Part shown: in pieces, positions 28,672-40,571 of the stretch
Layout of the letters: the number at the start of each line of letters is the position of its first letter
How positions within the stretch are numbered: the first letter of the stretch is position 1
DNA from: Vulcanimicrobiota bacterium
GTDB taxonomy: Bacteria; Vulcanimicrobiota; Vulcanimicrobiia; Vulcanimicrobiales; Vulcanimicrobiaceae
NCBI GenBank assembly: GCA_963723445.1
Contig: CAVRQP010000009.1
Coordinates: forward strand, 24,623 to 88,622
Length of the DNA: 64,000 nt
Direction of reading: 5' to 3'
Notes under the pieces: generated by a model
Databases searched by the model: none
Told to the model about the DNA's origin: nothing
What the model saw: only the letters and a program-made list of their open reading frames with translations
Program-made: the position numbers and the translations under genes

Positions 28672-29651
28672 TGGCGGTGATGACGATGATCCAGGCGATC
28701 CGCGCCGGGCTCGACGAAGCGCTCGAAGGCGACCCGCGCGTCATGATCGTCGGCGAGGACGTCGGGGCGTTGGGCGGCGTGTTTCGCGCGACCGACGGCC
28801 TGCAGGCGAAGTACGGCGAAGCGCGCGTCGTCGACATGCCGCTGGCCGAAGCCTCGATCGTCGGCGCGGCGCTCGGGCTCGCGGTCGCGGGGATGCGGCC
28901 GATCGCCGAGATCCAGTTTCTGGGCTTCGCCCATCAAGCGTTCCACCAGATCGGCCAGCAGGTCGCGCGAATGAGATTCCGCTCCCAAGGTCATTGCCCG
29001 GTACCGCTCGTCTTGCGCGCGGCGTTCGGCGGCGGGGTGCGCACGCCCGAGCTGCACAGCGACGCGTTCGAAGCGTTCTACGCGCATTGCCCCGGGCTCA
29101 AAGTCGTGATGCCGGCAACCGCCTACGACGCGAAAGGGCTGCTGGCGACGGCCATCGCCGATCCGGATCCGGTGTTGTTCTGCGAGCCGCTGCGCGGCTA
29201 CCGGCTGGTGAAAGACGACGTTCCCGACGAGCCGTACCGCGTACCGTTCGGACAGGTGCGCGTCGCGCGCGCGGGACGCGACGTGACGCTCGTCGCGTGG
29301 AGCGCCGCCGTGCAGCTCGCGGAGCGCGCAGCCGATGCGCTCGACGCCGAAGGAATCAGCGCCGAGGTACTCGATCTCCGGACGCTCACGCCGCTCGACG
29401 TCGACGGCCTGGCGGGAGCGGTGGCACGGACCGGCCGCTGCGTCGTCGTCCAGGAAGCGCCGCTCAGCGGCGGATTCGGGGCTGAAGTCGTCGCGACGCT
29501 GGTCGAGATGTCGTTCTACGATCTGCACGCGCCGATCGAACGCGTCGGAGCGCCCGACACGCCGTATCCGCTGGCGGGCGTCGAGGACTTCTATCTGCCG
29601 TCGATCGACGACGTCGTCCGCGCTGCACGGCGAACGCTCGCGGCCGCGTGA
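28671..29651 (+). CDS. pdhB: 2-oxoacid dehydrogenase E1 beta
   Basis: GEDVG..GGVFRATDGL, PLAE..I, AEIQF, ELHS, DAKGLL, DLRTL.PLD. Confidence 0.88.
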   Translation: MAVMTMIQAIRAGLDEALEGDPRVMIVGEDVGALGGVFRATDGLQAKYGEARVVDMPLAEASIVGAALGLAVAGMRPIAEIQFLGFAHQAFHQIGQQVARMRFRSQGHCPVPLVLRAAFGGGVRTPELHSDAFEAFYAHCPGLKVVMPATAYDAKGLLATAIADPDPVLFCEPLRGYRLVKDDVPDEPYRVPFGQVRVARAGRDVTLVAWSAAVQLAERAADALDAEGISAEVLDLRTLTPLDVDGLAGAVARTGRCVVVQEAPLSGGFGAEVVATLVEMSFYDLHAPIERVGAPDTPYPLAGVEDFYLPSIDDVVRAARRTLAAA

Positions 29652-30736
29652 ACGATCCCGACCTGGTCGAGCTGCGGCTCGCCGACGTCGGCGAGGGTTT
29701 GGCCGAAGCCGAGATCGTCGCTTGGCTCGTCCGCCCGGGCGACGCCGTGAAGGCCGATCAACCGGTGGTGGTGGTCATGACCGACAAGGCGTCGGTCGAG
29801 ATTCCGGCGCCCGTCGCCGGGCGAGTGCATGAGTGCATCGGTGCGCCCGGTTCCATCGTCGCGACCGGCGCGGTACTGCTGCGGATGGAGAGCGCGGCAC
29901 CACGCGCTTCCGGTCCCCAAGCGGCGCCGAGCACGCGGCGCCGCGCGACCGAGCTCGGCGTCGACTTGCGCGCGATCGCCGGCAGCGGCCCGGGTGGTCG
30001 CGTCCTCGCCGAAGACGTCGAGCGCCATGCCGCGTCACTCCGGCCCGCGGCAACCGCGCCGGACGACCGCATCGTTCCGCTGCGCGGCTTGCGGCGGCAG
30101 ACGGCGCATGCGGTCGCGCACGCGTGGCGCACGGTACCGCAGATCTCGGAGTTCCGCGACGTCGACGCGACGGAGCTCGTCCGGGCTCGCCGCGAGGTTC
30201 TCGAGCGCCGCGCGGCGGACGACCGGCCGTTCACGTACCTGCCGTTCTTCGTGCGCGCGGTCGCGGCGGCGCTGCAGATCCACCCGCATTTCAACGGCTT
30301 TCTCGATCTCGAACGCGACGAGATCACTCGCCGCGACGCGTGCAACATCGGCATCGCCACGGCGACCGAGGACGCGCTGATCGTTCCCGTCTTGCGCGAC
30401 GCCGCGCGACTCGAGCTCGGCGAGATCGCCGCCGAGCTCGACCGGCTCGTCGGCCGGGCGCGCGAAGGCCGGCTGCAGCCCGCCGAGCTCGCCGGCGCGA
30501 GCGTCACGATCACCAACTTCGGGAGCTATGGCACGGAGTTCGGCGTACCGATCGTGCGCGCAGGCGAATCCGCGATCGTCGGATTCGGCCGAATCCGCGA
30601 CGTGGTCGTGCCGGTCGACGGCGTCCCGGCCGTTCGAGCGATGCTTCCGCTTACCGTCTCAGCCGATCACCGGCTCAACGATGGGCGGCAGCTCGCGGCG
30701 TTCGCCGCGACGATCGCCGAACGCTGTCAAGCATAA
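29648..30736 (+). CDS. Dihydrolipoamide acyltransferase E2
   Basis: Lipoyl MTDKASVE, E3-binding GSGPGGRV...DV, TITNFG, DHRLNDG. Confidence 0.88.
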   Translation: MNDPDLVELRLADVGEGLAEAEIVAWLVRPGDAVKADQPVVVVMTDKASVEIPAPVAGRVHECIGAPGSIVATGAVLLRMESAAPRASGPQAAPSTRRRATELGVDLRAIAGSGPGGRVLAEDVERHAASLRPAATAPDDRIVPLRGLRRQTAHAVAHAWRTVPQISEFRDVDATELVRARREVLERRAADDRPFTYLPFFVRAVAAALQIHPHFNGFLDLERDEITRRDACNIGIATATEDALIVPVLRDAARLELGEIAAELDRLVGRAREGRLQPAELAGASVTITNFGSYGTEFGVPIVRAGESAIVGFGRIRDVVVPVDGVPAVRAMLPLTVSADHRLNDGRQLAAFAATIAERCQA

Positions 30737-31470
30737 ACCGGACCCAAGGAGTCGCCCCGCAGCAGCAGGCCGAACTGCTCGGCCGGCATCGGCTTGGCGA
30801 AGAGGAATCCTTGAACCGCATCGCACTTGAGGGCGGCGAGCACGGCGCTCTGACCGACCGTCTCGACACCCTCTGCGATCACGCTTGCGCCCAACGCGTG
30901 CGCCGCGGCGATTACCGCGGATGCGATCGCCTTGTCGACGGGGCTCTTCACGATGTCGGCGACGAAGCACATGTCCAGCTTCAGCGCGTCGACGACGTAC
31001 GACCGCAGGGTGGCGAGCGAGTTGTAGCCGGTTCCGAAGTCGTCGATCGCGATGCGAATGCCGAGCTCGTGCAATTCTTTGACGACGGCCGTGGTGCGTT
31101 CGATGTTCGGGCTCAGCACCGATTCCGTCAGCTCCAGCTCCAGCAGCTTGGGAGGCAGCTCCGCGTCGCTCAGGGCCTGCCGCACCGTTCGAGCGAAGTT
31201 CGGGTCGGCGAGCTGCTTGCCCGAGACGTTGACGCTCACGCCCAACGGGCGCGTTTCGCGGCTCCACTTCGCGCCTTGGAGGCAAGCGGTTCGCAGAACC
31301 CACGCGCCGATCGGAACGATGAGCCCTGATTCCTCGGCGTACGGGATGAAGTCGTTGGGCTGGACGACGGCGCCGTCGGGCTGCGGCCATCGGAGGAGGG
31401 CTTCGCACGATCGCAGCGCTCCGCTCATCTGGTAGACCGGCTGATAGGCGAGCGCGAAGCCGTTTTCGTC
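30727..31470 (-). CDS. Stand-alone EAL domain c-di-GMP phosphodiesterase (5' end unclear)
   Basis: LAYQP, EALLRW, NVS, ELTES, AIDDFGTGYNSL, KLD..FV, AEGVET, QGFLF all intact. Confidence 0.88.
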   Translation of the reverse strand, partial: DENGFALAYQPVYQMSGALRSCEALLRWPQPDGAVVQPNDFIPYAEESGLIVPIGAWVLRTACLQGAKWSRETRPLGVSVNVSGKQLADPNFARTVRQALSDAELPPKLLELELTESVLSPNIERTTAVVKELHELGIRIAIDDFGTGYNSLATLRSYVVDALKLDMCFVADIVKSPVDKAIASAVIAAAHALGASVIAEGVETVGQSAVLAALKCDAVQGFLFAKPMPAEQFGLLLRGDSLGPVYA

Positions 31471-31628
31471 GACCCTCGACCGCGAGGCTGGACGCCGAGG
31501 CTTCGCTCGCTTCTATCAAGGGAGCCGGTTCGGCGCTCGTACCGTGAGCGTATCCCCGGGACGGTAACGCGGCAGGGCCTCCGCCGGGCGTTACCGCCGG
31601 CGGCGATCTCCCCCGAGCGGTTTCCCGG

Positions 31629-32213
31629 CTATCTGTCGCCGGGCAGCCACTCGACCGAGGCGAGCACCTTGGACATCACGTCGGGCGCGATCCGTTCGCC
31701 GATGAGGTGGTAGAACGGCCCGGTTCCCATCCAGTCGCAGTAGACCTCGTTCTGGACCGCATGCAGTTGCGCGGACGAGGGCGCGATCCCCGTACCGTCG
31801 ATGCCGGGTCCGAAGCGCAGCGCGACGACGCCGAACGCGGTCGTCGGGACGCGCACCTTGTACGTCAAGCTCGTGCCGCCGAGGCCGCCGCCGGTTTCCT
31901 CAAAGGCGAACCACGACGAACCCTTGTGATAGCGCACGAAGTACTCGGGACCGGTCCAGCACGTTCCACTGGCGCTTCGCCGCGCCCGCGCGGCGCACGG
32001 GGTCGTTTTCACCTGTTCGAGCGAGTAGCCGGGCGGCACATATTTCGGAACGGCGACGCGGATCCCGAGCGCATCGAGCGCAGCGGTTTGCTTCGCGGTC
32101 AACTCGGCGGCCGTCGCCGGCGACGCGGCGAGCGAGAGCGTCATCACGACGCCGGCGAACGCGGCCGGTACGCAATGAATCAAGCGCGACATGAACATGT
32201 TACTCATCGGCAC
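31629..32213 (-). CDS. Secreted hypothetical protein
   Basis: Signal peptide; VAVPKYVPPGYSL motif. Confidence 0.65.
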   Translation of the reverse strand: MPMSNMFMSRLIHCVPAAFAGVVMTLSLAASPATAAELTAKQTAALDALGIRVAVPKYVPPGYSLEQVKTTPCAARARRSASGTCWTGPEYFVRYHKGSSWFAFEETGGGLGGTSLTYKVRVPTTAFGVVALRFGPGIDGTGIAPSSAQLHAVQNEVYCDWMGTGPFYHLIGERIAPDVMSKVLASVEWLPGDR

Positions 32214-32260
32214 GGCGCTTCGTCACACGAAGGCAAGCTCCCTCAGGCCCGGCAGGATTT

Positions 32261-32548
32261 TCAGGTTCCGTCGGTTGCGATGCGCGGCTGCTCGAGCGCG
32301 GGTGCCGTCTCGTCCCAGAGTAGCCGGAACACGACGCCGGCGATCGCCGCGCCGAGCAGCGGCGCGACACAGAAGAGCCAGAGTTGCCCCAGTGCCCAAC
32401 CGCCCACGAACAGCGCCGGACCCGTGCTGCGCGCCGGATTCACCGACGTGTTGGTGACCGGGATGCTGACCAGATGGATCACGGTCAACGTCAGCCCGAT
32501 GGCGATCGGAGCGAAATGACCGCCGGAGATCGGGCCGAACGCGTACGC
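32261..32548 (-). pseudogene. aqpZ: Aquaporin Z remnant with internal deletion
   Basis: [12 protein letters not shown] is joined directly to [47 protein letters not shown]; the first NPA and the N-terminus are missing. Confidence 0.85.
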
Positions 32549-32646
32549 GCGCCCGTTGCCGCGGTCTATTCGGCGACGGTTGATTTGCCCGGCGGGTGAC
32601 CGCACGCATCGGGGTGACGGCGCGGTACTCGCAAAACACGCTGCGG

Positions 32647-33237
32647 ATGAGCGACGAGCGACATGGGGCCAAGCAGCCCGACCGGTTCGATCCCGCCCGC
32701 GCGGCGATCCTCGACGATCCGGCGCGGTTCGGCTACGTCCCGGTCGACGCGCTGGTCGCGCTGCTCGCGCCGCCGGCCGGCGGAACGCTGATCGACTTCG
32801 GCGCCGGCACGGGACTCTATGCGATCGAGATCGCGCGCCGCCGCCCCGACGTGCGCGTCGTGGCGCTCGACGAGCAGCCGCGGATGCTCGAGCACGTTGC
32901 GGACGCGATCGCGCGTTCCGGGTTGGCCAACGTCGAGCCGATGGCACCGCAGGGGTTGGCCTCGTTGGCCGCGGCGGCGGACGGCGTGCTGGGCCTCAAC
33001 GTCCTGCACGAGCTCGGCGATCGCGCGCTCGACGACGTGCGCGCGCTGCTGGCGCGCGACGGCAAAGCCGTCTTCGTCGACTGGAGCGCCGACGTCGAAC
33101 GTCCGATTGGGCCGCCGCGCGATCACGTCTACGGCGTGGCGGAAGCGGCGGACCGTCTCAGGCGTGCCGGATTCGACGTCGTGGCAGCGCCCGCGTTCGC
33201 CTACCACTATGCGTTGGTCGCGAGCTCCGCTATTTAG
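32647..33237 (+). CDS. Class I SAM-dependent methyltransferase
   Basis: [33 protein letters not shown]. Confidence 0.85.
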   Translation: MSDERHGAKQPDRFDPARAAILDDPARFGYVPVDALVALLAPPAGGTLIDFGAGTGLYAIEIARRRPDVRVVALDEQPRMLEHVADAIARSGLANVEPMAPQGLASLAAAADGVLGLNVLHELGDRALDDVRALLARDGKAVFVDWSADVERPIGPPRDHVYGVAEAADRLRRAGFDVVAAPAFAYHYALVASSAI

Positions 33238-34301
33238 ACAGCGCCTTCTCGATCGGTTTGGCGGTGGTCCACTGGGCGTCCTGACCGCTCGTGCCGCCGT
33301 TGAAGAGCTCGGCGAAGTCCGCGCCGTTCGCGTCGTGCTCCATCCACGAGTACGCGCCGGTCGTCCCGCCGTTCTTGCCGTAGACCAGTCGCCCGGAGGG
33401 GTCGTGATAGACGACGTCCCAGCCGCCGCCGTAGTAGGCGCCGTTCGAGCGCGGTTTGAGCGGTGAGGGCAGCGGCCCGAACATCGCCGCGCGGCTCTTC
33501 GCCGAGATGATCTTGCCCGCGTCGAACGCGACGAGTACGTTGACGACGTCGGTCGCCGACATGACCCACCCGCCGGCGGGCGTACCGGCGAGCGGTATCG
33601 TGTTGGTCGCCGGTGTGTTCGACTTGCCGTATTGCTTGACCGCACCGGCGATCGGCGCGCCGAGGTCGGCCGCGGCGGCGGTCACGCCGGCCGGACGTGA
33701 AGACGTGCTGCTGCGTGTAGGTCTGGTACTTCTCGCCGCTCGCCTTCTCGATCACCGCGCCGAGCACGTTGAAGCCGGTGTTGGAGTAGACTTGCTTCTG
33801 TCCCGGGGTGAAGTTCAGCGTCTTCGCCGCCGCGGCTTTCGCGATATCGAGCGGATCGCTGGTCGTGACGTGGATGTTGTCGTTGAGCCCGGAAGAATGG
33901 TTCAGCAGCTCCGCGATCGTGATGTTGGGGAGCCGCTTGTCGGGGCCGTGGAGGCCGAGGTACGGAAAGGCCTTCGTGGTGAGCGATATCTTGCCGCTGT
34001 CGATCAGCGTGAAGATCGCCATTGCCGTGAACGGCTTCGAACCGCTGGCCAGCAGGAAGACCGACGTCGTGGTGACCGGCTTTTTCGCGGCCACGTCGGC
34101 GTAGCCGAAGCTCTTGGCGTCGACGATCTTCCCGCCGACCGCCGCGGCGAACTGCGCGCCGGGAACGCCGTACTTCTTTTGAAGCTTCGCGACGACCGCA
34201 TCGGCCGCGGTTCCCGCCGGGGCGGGCTTGGCGAGCAGGACGCTGCCCGACACCATGAACGCCGCGATCCCGCAGCCCACGACCAATCGACGCACGTACA
34301 A
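33230..34301 (-). CDS. Secreted serine hydrolase (beta-lactamase/PBP fold); frameshift near 33690
   Basis: SGSK (SxxK), LLNHSSGL, YSNTGF, PAGGW, GKNGG. Confidence 0.85.
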
Positions 34302-34384
34302 ACCGCCCTTCGGAATAGAGCCTGCTTGCCGGCCCGTTGCGGATGGAGGGCGCGTGAACCTTGTCCGGCATCGACCTCGGGCGG

Positions 34385-35248
34385 TTAGACGGCGGGCTGG
34401 AGAAGGCGCTTCGCGGGGCGCGCGCGATCGCTCGGGAGCGCATCGACGCGCAGCAGATCGCCGAATCGCTCGGCGGACATCGGCCGCGCGAACAAACCGC
34501 CTTGAAGCGCGTCGCAGCGCAGCTCGGCGAGGATGGCGCGCTGCTCGGCGAACTCCAAAGAGATGCTGATGCCGACGCGAATCGCCCGCGACTCGCGGCA
34601 CCAGGCGGCGGCTTGCAGGCAGACGGATCGTATCGCCCACGCACCGATGGGCACGCTCAGGCCCGCCGCCTCCGCATACGGCATGAAGGCCTGAGGCTCG
34701 ACCACCGTGCCGTCCGCCTGCGGCCAGCGGACGAGCGCCTCGCATGAACGCAGGGCGCCGCTCACGTCGTAGATCGGCTGATACGCCGCGTCAATCCTTG
34801 CGTCTCCATCGCTTGGCGCAGCTTGCCTTCCAAGCGCAGACGATGATCGGCCTCGTTCTGCATCGCGGGCGCGTAGAAGCACGTCGTCGCCCGTCCGTTG
34901 CACTTGGCCTCGTACATCGCCGTGTCGGCTTTTCGGATCAACGTCTCGACGTCGCCGCCGTCGCGCGGGAAGAGCGCGATCCCGATGCTGCAGGTCTGCC
35001 CCGTCGCCGGCGACGTGCCTCAGTAACCGATCGGTCGCCGGGAGCGCTTCGATGCCGGCTTCCCGGCGGATGCGCTCCTGCAGGGTCAGGGCGGCGTCGG
35101 CATTCGATGCCGCGTAGAATGCCGCGACGTCGCACGACGTCACGTGCCGGAGGTGCTCCAAGGCGCCGTGCACGAGGTAATCCCAGGGCACGCCGCGCAG
35201 CGCGGCTTGGCTCACCTTCAGCAGCGCTGAAGTCGCTTCGACGCTCAT
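34385..35248 (-). pseudogene. Degenerate GAF/GGDEF/EAL protein
   Basis: GGDEF C-terminal piece (SIGIALFPRDG.D.ETLIRKADTAMYEAK) is out of frame. The EAL part lacks the ELTE and DDFGTG core (ISIS joined to LEFAEQ). Confidence 0.75.
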
Positions 35249-35409
35249 GGAGCCAGCATAGGGGCGGGAGGTAACGCCGCGAGGTCGGCGTTGCGTTTTG
35301 ACCGCCGCTCGGCAGAAGAGTGCTCGCTTAGTAAGACCTCTTGGCGAGGAATGCGGGGCGCCGTTGCGATGCGGGATTGTTTGAACTCCTCTCCGCAAGA
35401 CGGGGCACC

Positions 35410-36801
35410 GTGAACCGAATCGCCGCGGTCCTGCCGCTCGTTCTCGTTCTCGCCGGCGGCATCGCGGTGGCGCAGCCGATGGAGACCCCTTCGCCGGCGC
35501 CGGCTCCGTCGGCGGCGCCGGAGCCGTTGCCGCCTGCCGGCGTGATCCCGCCGAGCATCACCATCGACGTCACCGGTGCGCCGGTCACCGAGGCGGATGT
35601 CCTCGAGGCGCAGATCCGCGCGGCGCTGAATCGTCGGATCCGGCCGACGCTGCGTCCCGGGGCCGCCGTCAGCTACGGGCCGATCGTTCCGTGGCCGTTG
35701 CTTCCGCTCGCGTTCGGAGCCGCGGTCGCGGTGAACGTGACCGTGACGATCGACGGGGACGCCAGCGCCCCGGTGACGGGCGTTTCGACGGTGAGCGTGT
35801 ACAACGTGGCCCTCGCTCCGGCCCGACCGGAGGTGCTGTTCCTCAGCGACGACCCGGAGTATCTGCTGAGCGAGGGCGTCGTGTTCCGCGGCAGCGTTGC
35901 CGCCGGCCGCCCGGCGCGGCTGTATTACTATCACTCCGACATCGGCCTGCCGCGCGATCTCGACGTCGTGCTGTCGGCGGCCGCCGGCGCGCGAGTGCAG
36001 CTGATCGCGTCGCAGGCCGGCCCCGATCTCGACGTGATGAGCGTGGGTCACACCGTCACGCGCGACCTCTTACGATTCGAGCAGTCCAATGAAGGGACGG
36101 TGGTCGACGTCGAACCAGGCCAACCGCTGGTGGTGCGGCATGGCTTGCTGCTGCAGGGCGAGGTCGTCGCCGGCGCGGTCGACGTGCGCGTCGTGTCCGG
36201 TGGTCCGGTCACCGTCTCCGTGCTCGCCTCGCCGGCCGGCAGCAAGCCGGACGCAATGCTGGCCGGTCCGCGCGTGCCGTTCGACGGACATCACCGGCAC
36301 GGAACGTTCGACCTCGAGGGCTTCGGGACGATCGCGCAATCGTATACCGCCGGCGGACCCGACGTCGCGGCGCAGTACGGCGGCCGGACGCCGACCCTTC
36401 GGAACGTGGACCCGAACGATCCCGGCCGCGACTACGGCGATTACGGGGCGCTGCACCTCATCGCGTTCACCCTCGTCAATCCGACCGACGCGCCGCAACT
36501 CGTGTATCTCTACGAAAAACCGCTCGGCGGCCCGGTCCGCAGCACCTTCATCATCGACGGCCAGCTCAAAGAGCTCGGCTGCGTGCGCCTGCCGCAGCCC
36601 TATTGGGTGACCACCTATCAGCTGCCGCCGCACTACACCGGCGTGTCGACGACCTTGACGATGACCGACGGCGGCTCGTTCTACCCGCTCGAGTTCGGCG
36701 CGACCGCGACGCAGCCGCTGCCGTACACGCCGCCGGTGGGTTCGCCCGACGGCTGCTCGCCGAACGCGCCGCCCTTCACCGACCCAACCCCGTCACCTTG
36801 A
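35410..36801 (+). CDS. Secreted hypothetical protein
   Basis: Signal peptide, Pro-rich linker, LFLSDDPEY, RLYYYH, GDYG, MTDGGSFYPL. Confidence 0.75.
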   Translation: MNRIAAVLPLVLVLAGGIAVAQPMETPSPAPAPSAAPEPLPPAGVIPPSITIDVTGAPVTEADVLEAQIRAALNRRIRPTLRPGAAVSYGPIVPWPLLPLAFGAAVAVNVTVTIDGDASAPVTGVSTVSVYNVALAPARPEVLFLSDDPEYLLSEGVVFRGSVAAGRPARLYYYHSDIGLPRDLDVVLSAAAGARVQLIASQAGPDLDVMSVGHTVTRDLLRFEQSNEGTVVDVEPGQPLVVRHGLLLQGEVVAGAVDVRVVSGGPVTVSVLASPAGSKPDAMLAGPRVPFDGHHRHGTFDLEGFGTIAQSYTAGGPDVAAQYGGRTPTLRNVDPNDPGRDYGDYGALHLIAFTLVNPTDAPQLVYLYEKPLGGPVRSTFIIDGQLKELGCVRLPQPYWVTTYQLPPHYTGVSTTLTMTDGGSFYPLEFGATATQPLPYTPPVGSPDGCSPNAPPFTDPTPSP

Positions 36802-37197
36802 CAGGATGCTGAGGATGTTGCCGTCGGGGTCTTTGAACCAGACGACGCGGAAACCGTCCGGCGCGACGTGGACGTCGCCCCGCAGCGTGAGCTCCGGCAG
36901 ATCGTAGTGCTCGAACGTGACGCCCTTCGCTTGCAGCGCTTGCACGATCGGTTCCAGCTCGGGCACGGACCAGGTGACGCTGGTTGCCCTGTTGGTGCCG
37001 GCAAACTGCGAGATGTAGACGCCGAGCTTCGAGTTTCCGCTCGCGTAGGTGATCGCTTGAGGGTTGTCCGAACCCGGCTGCTCCGTCAACCCCAAGGTGT
37101 CACCGTAGAAGGCGCGAGCGATCGTCAAATCCTTGACCGCGACGGTGGCAATGGCATCATTGTCTGCGAGCACGCTGTTTCTCCCAAGGGTGTTCAA
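36793..37197 (-). CDS. VOC family protein
   Basis: AVKDL..ARAFY.DTLGL, GVTFEHYDLP, WFKDPDGNIL. Confidence 0.88.
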   Translation of the reverse strand: MNTLGRNSVLADNDAIATVAVKDLTIARAFYGDTLGLTEQPGSDNPQAITYASGNSKLGVYISQFAGTNRATSVTWSVPELEPIVQALQAKGVTFEHYDLPELTLRGDVHVAPDGFRVVWFKDPDGNILSILSR

Positions 37198-38453
37198 GAT
37201 GACACGCCGGCGGCGCGGTCGAGGAGGAGCTTACGTTCCCACGCGTTTTGGGTGAGCGAAGCCGCGCGCTCGAATTCCGCGCGCGCTTCGTCGACGCGCC
37301 CGAGCTTGGCGAGCAGGTCGCCGCGCACGCTCGGCAAGCGATGATAGTTCGCGAGCGAGCGCTGCGCGGTGAGCGCGTCGACGAGCTCGAGCCCGGCCTC
37401 GGGTCCGAACGCCATCGCGAGCGCCACCGCGCGGTTCAACTCGACGACCGGCGACGGCGCGAGCTGCGCGAGCGCGTCGTACAGCGCTGCGATGCGCGCC
37501 CAGTCCGTCGCCGGCGGGGTGCGGGCGCGCGCATGACACGCGGCGATCGACGCCTGCAACGCGTACGGGCCGAGCGCGCCGCCCAGCGTTGCGGCGCGCT
37601 CGAGCGCTGCGAGGCCCCGCCGGATGAGGACCTGGTCCCACCGCGCGCGATCCTGGTCGAGCAGCAGAATCGGATGTCCCGAGGTGTCGACGCGCGCGCG
37701 GATCCGTGAGGCCTGGATCTCCATCAGGGCGACGAGACCGTGCACTTCGGGCTCCTGCGGAGCGAGCTCGGCCAGGACGCGGCCCAGCCGCAGCGCATCG
37801 GCGCACAACGCCGGCCGCATCCAGTCGTCGCCGGCGGTGGCGGCGTAGCCCTCGGTGAAGATGAGGTAGAGCACCTCGAGTACCGACGACAGCCGCGCTG
37901 CGCGCTCGCTGCGATGCGGAACTTCGAATGGAACGTGGGCTTCGGAGAGCGTGCGTTTCGCCCGCACGATGCGTTGCGCGACGGTCGGCTCGGGGACGAG
38001 AAATGCGCGGGCGATCTCCGCGGTGGTCAGGCCGCCCAGCAAGCGGAGCGTGAGCGCGACGCGCGCGTCCGTCGAAAGCACCGGATGACACGCGATGAAC
38101 ATCAGCCGCAGCAAGTCGTCGCCGATGTCGTCGTCGAACGCCGCGTCGAAATCGGTCGCGCCGGCGGCGCGCGCTTCAAGATCGCGACCGAGTGCTTCGT
38201 GTTTGCGTTCGAGCCGGCCGGTTCGGCGCAAGAAGTCGATCGCCCGGCGCTTCGCGATGGTCATGAGCCAAGCACCCGGCTTGTCCGGGATGCCCGACTC
38301 GGGCCATTGTTCGAGCGCCGCGACGAGCGCGTCGTGCGCGAACTCCTCGGCCAGACCGACGTCGCGCACGATTCGGGCGAGTCCCGCGATGAGCCGCGCG
38401 GACTCGATCCGCCACACGGCGTCGATGGCGCGGCGCGCATCGGTGGGGCTCAT
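37194..38453 (-). CDS. Extended ECF sigma factor (YciI-associated type with helical C-terminal extension)
   Basis: AVWRIESARLIAGL, DDLLRLMFIACHPVL, GGLTTAEIARAFLV, YLIFTEGY, GPYALQA.IAACH, SPVVELNRAVA. Confidence 0.92.
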   Translation of the reverse strand: MSPTDARRAIDAVWRIESARLIAGLARIVRDVGLAEEFAHDALVAALEQWPESGIPDKPGAWLMTIAKRRAIDFLRRTGRLERKHEALGRDLEARAAGATDFDAAFDDDIGDDLLRLMFIACHPVLSTDARVALTLRLLGGLTTAEIARAFLVPEPTVAQRIVRAKRTLSEAHVPFEVPHRSERAARLSSVLEVLYLIFTEGYAATAGDDWMRPALCADALRLGRVLAELAPQEPEVHGLVALMEIQASRIRARVDTSGHPILLLDQDRARWDQVLIRRGLAALERAATLGGALGPYALQASIAACHARARTPPATDWARIAALYDALAQLAPSPVVELNRAVALAMAFGPEAGLELVDALTAQRSLANYHRLPSVRGDLLAKLGRVDEARAEFERAASLTQNAWERKLLLDRAAGVSS

Positions 38454-38464
38454 GCGCCGGACGG

Positions 38465-38893
38465 CTACGTCTGAGAGGCTTTGCGCTGCAGCTCCTCACG
38501 CATCGCCTGCTCGCGCCCGCGCAACTCCGGCGAGACGACCTCTTCGGGGAAATCCGCGGCCTCGAACACTTGGCGAACCTCGATCTGGCCGTCCTGAAAC
38601 GGAACCCGCGACGCCCACTGGATCGCCTCGTCCTTCGACTTCACCTCGATCAGCCAGAAGCCGGCGATCAACTCCGTCGTCTCGGTGAACGGGCCGTCGG
38701 TTACCGTAGGCTTTCCGCCGGAGAACGTGACGCGGGCGCCCTTGGAGCTCGCCTGCAGTCCGTCGCCGGCGAGCATCACGCCCGCCTGCACCATCTCCGA
38801 ATTGAACTTTCCCATCTCCTCGAACAGCTCCGGGCCGGGCAGAATCCCGGACTCGGACTGCGGGCTGGCCTTGACCAACATCATGAATCGCAT
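38465..38893 (-). CDS. YciI/DGPF-family protein
   Basis: MRFMMLVKA, GDGLQ.SSKG, TDGPFTET.ELIAGFW. Confidence 0.92.
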   Translation of the reverse strand: MRFMMLVKASPQSESGILPGPELFEEMGKFNSEMVQAGVMLAGDGLQASSKGARVTFSGGKPTVTDGPFTETTELIAGFWLIEVKSKDEAIQWASRVPFQDGQIEVRQVFEAADFPEEVVSPELRGREQAMREELQRKASQT

Positions 38894-39027
38894 CGTCGTA
38901 TCTCCTGGTGGGTGGGCTGTCGGGCCCGTCGTATGCGCGCCGCGAACCGCGGCTCTATGATGGCGTCGAACACGGGGCCTCGAAATCGACACGGCGCGAA
39001 AAAAGTTTTCCCGGCCGGCCGCGACGA

Positions 39028-39320
39028 TCAGCCGCCGGCCATGGCCCCCACGATCAGCAGCGGCTCCGCGCCCGTCGCGACGGGGTCCGGGAGCGGAGCG
39101 TCGGGCGATTCGTGCGAGAGGTCGCGCGCGCAGGCGAAGAACCGCACGAACGGCCGGCGGCGCTGGGTAACGTGATCGCGGATCGCCCCGCGCAGCATCG
39201 GATAACGAACCTCGAGCTCGTCGAGCACCGCGCGCATTGAGGGCTCTCCGGCGACCTCGAGCTGCACTTCACGCGCGGCGCGCGCGAGGGTCTGCAGATG
39301 CGCCGGGATCACGACGCGAA

Positions 39321-39324
<4 letters not shown>
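39028..39324 (-). CDS. MoaD/ThiS ubiquitin-like protein
   Basis: [20 protein letters not shown]-terminal AMAGG. Confidence 0.9.
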
Positions 39325-40436
<1,112 letters not shown>

Positions 40437-40571
40437 CTGTGCTTCCTCTCGGGTTCGGGGTAAGACTCGGTTCGTACGCCATGCGGGTCCGCCGTCCTCG
40501 AATCTCGCGCCCCGCCGGAGAGGGCCCGACGGCCGGCCGGTGTCGCCGCTCACATCGCGAAGAGAGCGGCG

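Noticed and set aside
27573-29651. 692-aa ORF suggesting an extended or fused E1 beta
   Set aside because: The upstream part is an alternative frame over E1 alpha; the real start is ATG 28671 overlapping the E1 alpha stop.
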